From: Pseudomonadota bacterium
Lineage (GTDB): Bacteria > Pseudomonadota > Alphaproteobacteria > Rhizobiales > Rhizobiaceae
Assembly (NCBI GenBank): GCA_039029255.1
Contig: JBCCGN010000006.1
Span: 28,320 to 92,319, forward strand
Direction of reading: 5' to 3'
Length of the DNA: 64,000 bases
Shown: positions 58,011 through 64,000 of the stretch, piece by piece
Layout of the letters: every line of letters begins with the position of its first letter
How positions within the stretch are numbered: position 1 is the first letter of the stretch
Position numbers and translations under genes: made by a program
Notes under the pieces: generated by a model
Told to the model about the DNA's origin: nothing
The model's database searches: none
What the model saw: only the letters and a program-made list of their open reading frames with translations

Positions 58011-58235
58011 TCAGCGGCGGTTTTTGCCTACAATCATACCTTCGCGTTGAGCTTTCTTGCGAGCAAGTTTCCGTGTACGGCGAATGGCCTCAGCTTTTTC
58101 CCGCGCACGTTTTTCAGATGGTTTTTCGTAAAAATTCCGCAGTTTCATTTCGCGGAATACACCCTCGCGCTGAAGTTTTTTCTTCAAGGCCCGCAGGGCT
58201 TGGTCAACATTGTTGTCACGTACAAGAACTTGCAA
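58011..58235 (-). CDS. rpsU: 30S ribosomal protein S21
   Basis: [31 protein letters not shown], with an apparent TTG start. Confidence 0.92.
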   Translation of the reverse strand: MQVLVRDNNVDQALRALKKKLQREGVFREMKLRNFYEKPSEKRAREKAEAIRRTRKLARKKAQREGMIVGKNRR

Positions 58236-58350
58236 GTTTCAGATCCGTTTCGTTTGAATTGAACGAGGCAAAGAAGAATTGCTTCCGCAAAGTCAATTGC
58301 CGATTGCGTTGGCAGATAACAAAAAACAGTATGCTTGTCCATGTCCGGTT

Positions 58351-58373
58351 GAAAAAAAGCGGGAAAAACCGGC
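58351..58373 (-). terminator. weak rho-independent terminator after purK
   Basis: The minus strand reads GCCGG-ttttt-CCCGC (1 mismatch) followed by TTTTTTT. Confidence 0.4.
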
Positions 58374-58384
58374 TGAATTTGGGT

Positions 58385-59458
58385 CTATTTTTTTGCAATC
58401 GTTGTAAAATGTCCCATTTTTCGGCCCGGACGGCTTTCTGACTTCCCGTAAAGATGCAGCAATGTGTTCGGGCGAGCCAGGATTTCATCAGACATTTGCA
58501 CTTCATCCCCGATCAGGTTTTGCATAATGCAGTTGCTGTGGTTTGCGGGATCTCCCAATTCCAACCCTGCTATGGCCCGGATGTGCTGTTCGAATTGCGA
58601 AACTGTGCATGCGGCTTCGGTCCAGTGTCCGGAATTGTGGACGCGGGGTGCATATTCGTTGGCAATCAGGCCTCCGTCATCCATCACAAAAAACTCGATC
58701 CCGATCACGCCCACATAATCAAGCGCTCCCAGTACTTTTGCGGCAATTGCATGAGCGTCTTTCGTTGTAGCATCCGAGATTTCGGCAGGGATTGTGGTAG
58801 TGTGAAGAATGCCGTCACGGTGAACATTTTCACCAAGTTCGAATGCCTTGACTGTCCCGTTCGTTCCCCGGGCGGCTATGATTGATATCTCGCTTACAAA
58901 TTCGATGTAACCCTCCAGAATACAAGGGAATGAAGAGACGAGTTCGCGCGCGACTTTCAATCCGTTCGGATCTTCAAGAGAAACACGAACCTGTCCTTTG
59001 CCATCATAGCCCATCCGCCGGGTTTTCAGGATTCCGCGATTATTGAGTTTACTCAGCGCCTGGTTGAAGTCTTTCATCGAAGTGATGTCGAAGAACGGCG
59101 CTGTTTCAATACCAAGATCATTGAAAAACTGTTTCTCTATCAGTCGGTCCTGACTGGTAGACAGCGCTTTGGCATTCGGATGACAGGGGAGGGAACTTTC
59201 AAGATTGCGGATCGCTGCAACATTGACGTTTTCAAACTCGTAGGTAACCGCATCTGATCTTTGGGCTAAATCATCAAGTGCTTCATTGTCATCATATGCA
59301 GCAACAATTCTTTCATTTGCGCACTGAAAAGCAGGTGCATTTTCCTGAGGGTCCAAAACAACGGTGTTGAAGCCCAGGCGAGCTGCCGCAATCGCCAGCA
59401 TGCGGCCGAGTTGCCCTCCGCCAATGATGCCAATCGTATCGCCATGCTTCAGTGCCAA
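58385..59458 (-). CDS. purK: 5-(carboxyamino)imidazole ribonucleotide synthase
   Basis: IGIIGGGQLGRM plus an ATP-grasp domain. Confidence 0.93.
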   Translation of the reverse strand: MALKHGDTIGIIGGGQLGRMLAIAAARLGFNTVVLDPQENAPAFQCANERIVAAYDDNEALDDLAQRSDAVTYEFENVNVAAIRNLESSLPCHPNAKALSTSQDRLIEKQFFNDLGIETAPFFDITSMKDFNQALSKLNNRGILKTRRMGYDGKGQVRVSLEDPNGLKVARELVSSFPCILEGYIEFVSEISIIAARGTNGTVKAFELGENVHRDGILHTTTIPAEISDATTKDAHAIAAKVLGALDYVGVIGIEFFVMDDGGLIANEYAPRVHNSGHWTEAACTVSQFEQHIRAIAGLELGDPANHSNCIMQNLIGDEVQMSDEILARPNTLLHLYGKSESRPGRKMGHFTTIAKK

Positions 59459-59460
59459 TG

Positions 59461-59958
59461 TCAGCCCTCTTCGACGGGAGTTTCGGCAACTTTGTCGGTC
59501 TGGCTTGCCCGAAATTTGTCGAGTTCTCTGGCAACGAGCGGATTGGAGAGCGCGATTATCGAAGCGGCCAGGAGAGCAGCATTCTTTGCTCCGGCAGTAC
59601 CAATTGCGAGCGTACCCACAGGAATACCCGCGGGCATCTGAACGATCGACAAAAGACTGTCTTTGCCGGAAAGGGCCTTTGATTCAACCGGCACCCCGAG
59701 CACCGGCAACGGCGTTAAAGAAGCAACCATTCCCGGAAGATGTGCAGCCCCTCCAGCACCTGCGATGATCACTTTGAAGCCGTTATCACGGGCAGTCTTA
59801 GCGAATTCGAACATCCGTTCGGGTGTGCGATGTGCAGAAACGATCCTGCTGTCATTTGTGACACCCAGTGCATTCAACGTATCGACAGCGTGCTGCATGG
59901 TTTCCCAGTCTGACTGGCTGCCCATTATGACGGCGACTTCCGCGTCCTGCTTGCTCAC
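59461..59958 (-). CDS. purE: 5-(carboxyamino)imidazole ribonucleotide mutase
   Basis: [11 protein letters not shown]...[13 protein letters not shown] 59958 gives 165 aa, whereas the track start at 59997 adds a non-conserved leader. Confidence 0.93.
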   Translation of the reverse strand: MSKQDAEVAVIMGSQSDWETMQHAVDTLNALGVTNDSRIVSAHRTPERMFEFAKTARDNGFKVIIAGAGGAAHLPGMVASLTPLPVLGVPVESKALSGKDSLLSIVQMPAGIPVGTLAIGTAGAKNAALLAASIIALSNPLVARELDKFRASQTDKVAETPVEEG

Positions 59959-60156
59959 GATTAAAAGACCTTGGCAAATTTTCAGATTGAAGCGCACTTT
60001 CTATCAGAATTGCCCCCGGAATCAAACAACGCAAACAGTTTCTTAAGTGACTTTGCCAAAGTTTTTCACAGACTTGTATTCATCGTCTTTGTGATGGGTG
60101 TAATTTGTTGTACACTTCACTCTGTTCTTGAAATTGACCCGTTATAGGAGAAGCTT

Positions 60157-60333
60157 ATGACAATTCAGTCACATATCAATTCCCTCGTAAGTCGGCACAA
60201 GCAACTGGATGACCAGATCAAAGAACTGATGGCAGGTGTAAACATGGATTCGGGAACGATTGGTGATCTGAAACGCAAGAAGCTTCAGATAAAAGACAAA
60301 ATCCGTGAGCTATCTGAAGATCCGGCCGATTGA
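60157..60333 (+). CDS. DUF465 (YdcH-like) small protein
   Basis: Hand-translated 58 aa: MTIQSHINSLVSRHKQLDDQIKELMAG...LKRKKLQIKDKIRELSEDPAD. An AGGAG SD lies 7 nt upstream. It is absent from the track. Confidence 0.75.
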   Translation: MTIQSHINSLVSRHKQLDDQIKELMAGVNMDSGTIGDLKRKKLQIKDKIRELSEDPAD

Positions 60334-60435
60334 CCTACCATTTGGTGCCATTGTGATTAGGCTTGGCGCCTTGAAAACAACAAAAATACGCTACATGCGG
60401 ATTGCGTGATAGAGAACCATTAGGGCAAGGCGCAC

Positions 60436-61089
60436 GTGGGTAACAGATTTGATCGTTGTGGTATTGTAGTCAATGCACAACCTGGAACCGTCGGATTGGA
60501 TCGCCTGCGTGAAGCAGTCAATACCGGCCATATTACAAGTTGCATTTTGTATCAGGGTGCAAGTACTGAAGCTCAGTTTGATGAATATTGCCAGAGCGCA
60601 GTGCCGATGCTCCAAGACTGTGATGTTGCGGTGATGATCGCTGATGATACGCGTCTTGTGGGTCGATGCAGTGCCGACGGAATTTTTCTTGAAAAAACCC
60701 GGCAACAGACCGCTGAGATAGTGGAACGATACGCTCCGGAAAAGATGGTTGGATGCGGTGGTTTCAAGGGCCGCCATGGCGCCCTGGAAGCTGGCGAAGC
60801 AAAGCCGGATTTTGTTTTTTTTGGCAGGTTGGGAGGTGATATACGCACGGATGCTCACCCGAAAAACCTCGCACTTTGCGAGTGGTGGTCGGAAATCATC
60901 GAAATTCCCGGTATTGTTCTGGCCGGGACCAGTCTTGAGAGCATTGTCGAATGCGCTCAAACGGGTGCTGATTTTGTTGCAGTTGAATCCTACGTATTTG
61001 ACGGAACCAGGGATCCGGCGTCTGCGGTTGTTCAGGCGGAGGAGCAACTTGACCTTCACGCGCCCAGATTCGAGGAAGTCGAGGCATGA
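60436..61089 (+). CDS. thiamine-phosphate synthase (TMP-TENI) family protein
   Basis: TIM-barrel-like pattern ...ADGIFLE...GAL EAGEAKPDFVFFG...IPGIVLAG...GADFVAV. GTG start. Confidence 0.65.
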   Translation: MGNRFDRCGIVVNAQPGTVGLDRLREAVNTGHITSCILYQGASTEAQFDEYCQSAVPMLQDCDVAVMIADDTRLVGRCSADGIFLEKTRQQTAEIVERYAPEKMVGCGGFKGRHGALEAGEAKPDFVFFGRLGGDIRTDAHPKNLALCEWWSEIIEIPGIVLAGTSLESIVECAQTGADFVAVESYVFDGTRDPASAVVQAEEQLDLHAPRFEEVEA

Positions 61090-62042
61090 AGACTTTTCGG
61101 TTGATGTTTGCAGTATCCGTTCTTTTTTGCTTTCACCAGACAGTTCATGCGGCAAGTGAAACAGCATCAACTGATGCTTCAAGCTCGATTGACCGGGACT
61201 CGGTCACAAATGTGGATCGGGCGTTTTCAGCATACCAGCGTGGCAGCTATCTGACAGCTTTTGAACTGGCTCTTCCCGAAGCCCAGAATGGAAATTCGTC
61301 CGCACAAACCCTGATTGCCGAATTGTATGAACGTGGCCTTGGGGTGAGGCAAAACACCAAGGAAGCCGCTGTCTGGTATGAAATTGCGGCAAAGTCGGGA
61401 AATCGAGAAGCCCAGTTTGCGTATGCGCTCAAGCTGCTTGAAGGTGTGGACATTCCCAAAGACACTGAAGTCGGCGCAAGAATGATGAAGGCCGCCTCAG
61501 ATGCCGGGCATCCGAATGCGATGTTCAACTACGCAACCCACAGAATCAGCCAACGTCCGACTTCTGCGACCTATCGTGAAATGTTGCCGTTGCTCGAAAA
61601 GGCTGCTGAATACCGTGTCGTTGATGCATATTATTCTCTCGCCAAGATTTATGAGGAAGGTCTGGCAACCCGGATCAATGATCCGGAGAGAGGTTCATAT
61701 TGGATGGAGAAGGCTGCGGATGCGGGAAATGATGCAGCACAAGTTGAATTGGCCGTAACGCTGCTTAAAAACCAGAATGAAAAAGCGAATGTCGACCGCG
61801 CATTTGATCTTTTGAACCTGGCTGCAAACAGCGGCAATGTTGTCGCTCAAAATCGTCTGGCTTACATGCTGATTGAAGGCAATGGAATTGAACGTTCAGA
61901 TTTGCAAGGCGCCACATGGCACATTCTTGCAAGCAGGGCCGGACGGAAAGATTTTGATCTGGACAGGTATGTGAATTCGTTGCCAACGGATGTTCGTGAA
62001 CAGGCAATTGATCGCGCTGATCGTTGGTCTCCCTCAAAGTGA
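61086..62042 (+). CDS. secreted Sel1-repeat protein
   Basis: Signal peptide plus about 6 Sel1 units (AQTLIAELYERGLGVRQNTKEAAVWYEIAAKSGN and similar). The ATG overlaps the upstream stop (ATGA). Confidence 0.85.
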   Translation: MKTFRLMFAVSVLFCFHQTVHAASETASTDASSSIDRDSVTNVDRAFSAYQRGSYLTAFELALPEAQNGNSSAQTLIAELYERGLGVRQNTKEAAVWYEIAAKSGNREAQFAYALKLLEGVDIPKDTEVGARMMKAASDAGHPNAMFNYATHRISQRPTSATYREMLPLLEKAAEYRVVDAYYSLAKIYEEGLATRINDPERGSYWMEKAADAGNDAAQVELAVTLLKNQNEKANVDRAFDLLNLAANSGNVVAQNRLAYMLIEGNGIERSDLQGATWHILASRAGRKDFDLDRYVNSLPTDVREQAIDRADRWSPSK

Positions 62043-62156
62043 AGCAGAGTAATCCGGATTCGGTCTTGCGCAATCCGTGGAATTGTGTTCAACCCCCTGC
62101 AAATCTCGTTCAGTTCTGAAAAATGGAGACCGGTGAGACCCGGGCGATCATAGCGC

Positions 62157-62720
62157 ATGAAAATCAACGGAAATGAAATCAAGCCAGGCAATGTAATTGA
62201 ACACAAGAATTCGCTGTGGGTTGCAGTTAAGACAAATGCTGTGAAGCCCGGAAAAGGTGGCGCCTTCAATCAGGTGGAGCTGAAAAATTTGCTGGATGGC
62301 AGCAAACATAATGAAAGGTTCCGCGCATCCGAAACGGTTGAACGTGTCAGGCTGGAGCAAAAGGAATTTCAGTATCTTTATGCAGAAGGCGAAGCCCTTG
62401 TCTTCATGGATGCAGAGACGTACGAGCAACTTGAGCTGCAAAACGAATTTGTCGGTGAGCGTGCAGCATTCCTTCAGGACGGTATGATGGTTACCGTCGA
62501 AATTTATGAGGAAAAACCGATCGGCATCCGGCTCCCGGATCAGGTCACGCTGAAAATCGATGAGGCTGATCCGGTGGTAAAGGGGCAGACGGTGTCTTCG
62601 TCTTACAAGCCCGCAGTCATGGAAAACGGAATTCGGGTAATGGTGCCCCCATTTATTGAAGCTGGCGAAAGCATCGTGGTGGATACCAATTCCATCGAGT
62701 ATATACGCCGCGCGGAATAA
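62157..62720 (+). CDS. efp: elongation factor P
   Basis: [25 protein letters not shown]...KPGKGGAF. Confidence 0.96.
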   Translation: MKINGNEIKPGNVIEHKNSLWVAVKTNAVKPGKGGAFNQVELKNLLDGSKHNERFRASETVERVRLEQKEFQYLYAEGEALVFMDAETYEQLELQNEFVGERAAFLQDGMMVTVEIYEEKPIGIRLPDQVTLKIDEADPVVKGQTVSSSYKPAVMENGIRVMVPPFIEAGESIVVDTNSIEYIRRAE

Positions 62721-62740
62721 TTGTTTCGGGAGACGAGGCA

Positions 62741-63541
62741 GTGGCCCGTTCAGCACTTTTAAACGTAATGACCAACGCAGCCTTCAAGGCGGGCAGGTCA
62801 CTTTCACGTGACTTCGGTGAGGCGCAAAATCTGCAGGTATCAGTCAAAGGGACCGGAGACTTCGTGACCAGTGCCGATCTTCGGGCGGAAAAAATAATAA
62901 AGACTGAGTTATCGAGTGCGAGACCCAAATTCGGCTTCCTTATGGAGGAGAGCGGGGAGATCAAAGGTGTCGACCCGCAAAACAGGTGGATTGTTGATCC
63001 GCTGGACGGAACTCACAATTTCATGCACGGACTGCCGCATTTCTGCACTGCGATTGCGCTTGAACGTGAAGGGCGGATTGTTGCCGGTGTGATATACAAT
63101 CCGGCAACAGATGAATTGTTTACAGCAGAACATGGTCAGGGTGCATATGCAAACGACACAAGGATGCGGGTTTCAGGCCGCCGGGAACTTTCTGAATGTC
63201 TGGTTTCGACCAACATTTTGCGGCTCGGTCAAGCCAACCACAAGCAGTTTCTAACCGAACAGGCCGCCGTCATGAAGAGGACTTCCGGAGTCCGTTCCAC
63301 CGGTTCGACGGCACTTGATTTGGCATATGTGGCCGCAGGCCGACTGGATGGTACCTGGCAACGCGGGCCGCAAGCCTGGGATTTTGCTGCCGGGATGATA
63401 ATGATTCGCGAAGGGGGTGGCTTCGTCACGGATATTTCTGGCGGCCAGAAGATTTTTGATACTCAAAGTGTGCTAGCCGGCAATGAACACATACACAGAT
63501 TACTCGGCAATGCCGTGCGAAACGCTACAAGCGCACAGTAA
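62741..63541 (+). CDS. suhB: inositol monophosphatase family protein (SuhB-like)
   Basis: VTSADLRAE...WIVDPLDGTHNF...WDFAAG motifs. Confidence 0.88.
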   Translation: MARSALLNVMTNAAFKAGRSLSRDFGEAQNLQVSVKGTGDFVTSADLRAEKIIKTELSSARPKFGFLMEESGEIKGVDPQNRWIVDPLDGTHNFMHGLPHFCTAIALEREGRIVAGVIYNPATDELFTAEHGQGAYANDTRMRVSGRRELSECLVSTNILRLGQANHKQFLTEQAAVMKRTSGVRSTGSTALDLAYVAAGRLDGTWQRGPQAWDFAAGMIMIREGGGFVTDISGGQKIFDTQSVLAGNEHIHRLLGNAVRNATSAQ

Positions 63542-63658
63542 GCCCTTTTATTTCCATGCTTTACGGTTTAATTCTCAAATAGTCTGATTTTTCGATTATG
63601 TGCACTGGAACCGATCAGGAATTTGTTGTTGCGGTTTCAGCTATGAGGAGGCGGTATA

Positions 63659-64000
63659 GTGGCACGGGATTTTGACCCATACAAACTATCAAACCCAAGT
63701 TTGTTTCTTCTCAGTATGATAATCTTTCTGATTATCACCGGGTTCCTGGCGGCCACATTATACCGTCAGATACTGTCTGCCTTTCAGACGAACCCCGGCC
63801 TGAACGGACTTATCCTTGGCGTGCTTCTGATTGGCGTATTGTTGGCGCTTATCCAGGTGATACGTCTCATTCCGGAAGTTCGTTGGGTCAACAGCTTCAG
63901 GCAAGGTAATCCCGATCTGGATGTGGGCCGTGAGCCGATTTTGCTTGCGCCAATGAAGGCTTTGCTGGGCCAGTCCCGCCAGGAAGTCAGCATTTCGCCT
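63659..64000 (+). CDS. membrane protein, 5' part only (possibly MotA/TolQ/ExbB-family), runs off the window
   Basis: GTG start 7 nt after GAGGAGG, with an open frame to the window end (114 codons) and two TM segments. The family call is tentative. Confidence 0.4.
   Translation, partial: MARDFDPYKLSNPSLFLLSMIIFLIITGFLAATLYRQILSAFQTNPGLNGLILGVLLIGVLLALIQVIRLIPEVRWVNSFRQGNPDLDVGREPILLAPMKALLGQSRQEVSISP

Noticed and set aside
60334-60435. Expected TPP riboswitch upstream of the thiE-like gene.
   Set aside because: No CUGAGA or ACCUGAUCUGGAUAAUGCCAGCG-type conserved elements are visible in the 100-nt leader.
1-64000. Searched for CRISPR arrays, IS elements, integrases, toxin-antitoxin pairs and known defence-system signatures (nuclease, helicase, reverse transcriptase and HEPN motifs).
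   Set aside because: None was seen. All large ORFs are accounted for by housekeeping or conserved hypothetical families. The only tandem repeat found is the 24-nt coding microsatellite.

Overview
This window looks like a core chromosomal segment of an alphaproteobacterium, probably Hyphomicrobiales/Rhizobiales-like, at roughly 50% GC by eye. The lineage call rests on CpdR, GapR/DUF2312, a DUF1036-pyk pair, an Omp10-like lipoprotein, split pntAA/pntAB/pntB, and L36 and S21 encoded as isolated genes. I could assign about 65 protein genes. They include gltB-ybjQ-gltD, soxBDAG (heterotetrameric sarcosine oxidase), pntAA-pntAB-pntB, purEK, hemH, rppH, kpsF/kdsD, galU, galE, pyk, pepF, efp, suhB, hisN-like, ltaE, hsp20, rpsU and a sigma-54 activator. 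Two small genes are missing from the ORF track because they are under 60 aa: rpmJ (L36) and a DUF465 protein. There is one tRNA-Val(GAC). I found no rRNA, CRISPR array, transposase, integrase, prophage or recognisable defence genes, so most of the window is ordinary housekeeping DNA. The best candidate for an undescribed module is a translationally coupled pair directly downstream of soxG and near tRNA-Val: a membrane-inserted alpha/beta-hydrolase (396 aa) plus an ICMT-family methyltransferase (197 aa). Secondary items are listed here.
- A strong orphan intrinsic terminator preceded by an anti-SD-like CCUCCC hairpin between gltB and ltaE, which could be an sRNA or a leader.
- A ybjQ-family gene embedded in the glutamate synthase operon.
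- A MarR regulator with the same palindromic 12-mer sitting in two promoter spacers.
- An RpoH-type promoter plus a ROSE-like UCGCU/SD arrangement at hsp20.
- A canonical CtrA box upstream of cpdR.
- An 84-aa acidic tail on PntAA.
All functional calls come from reading the translated ORFs and recalling family motifs. No database search was run.
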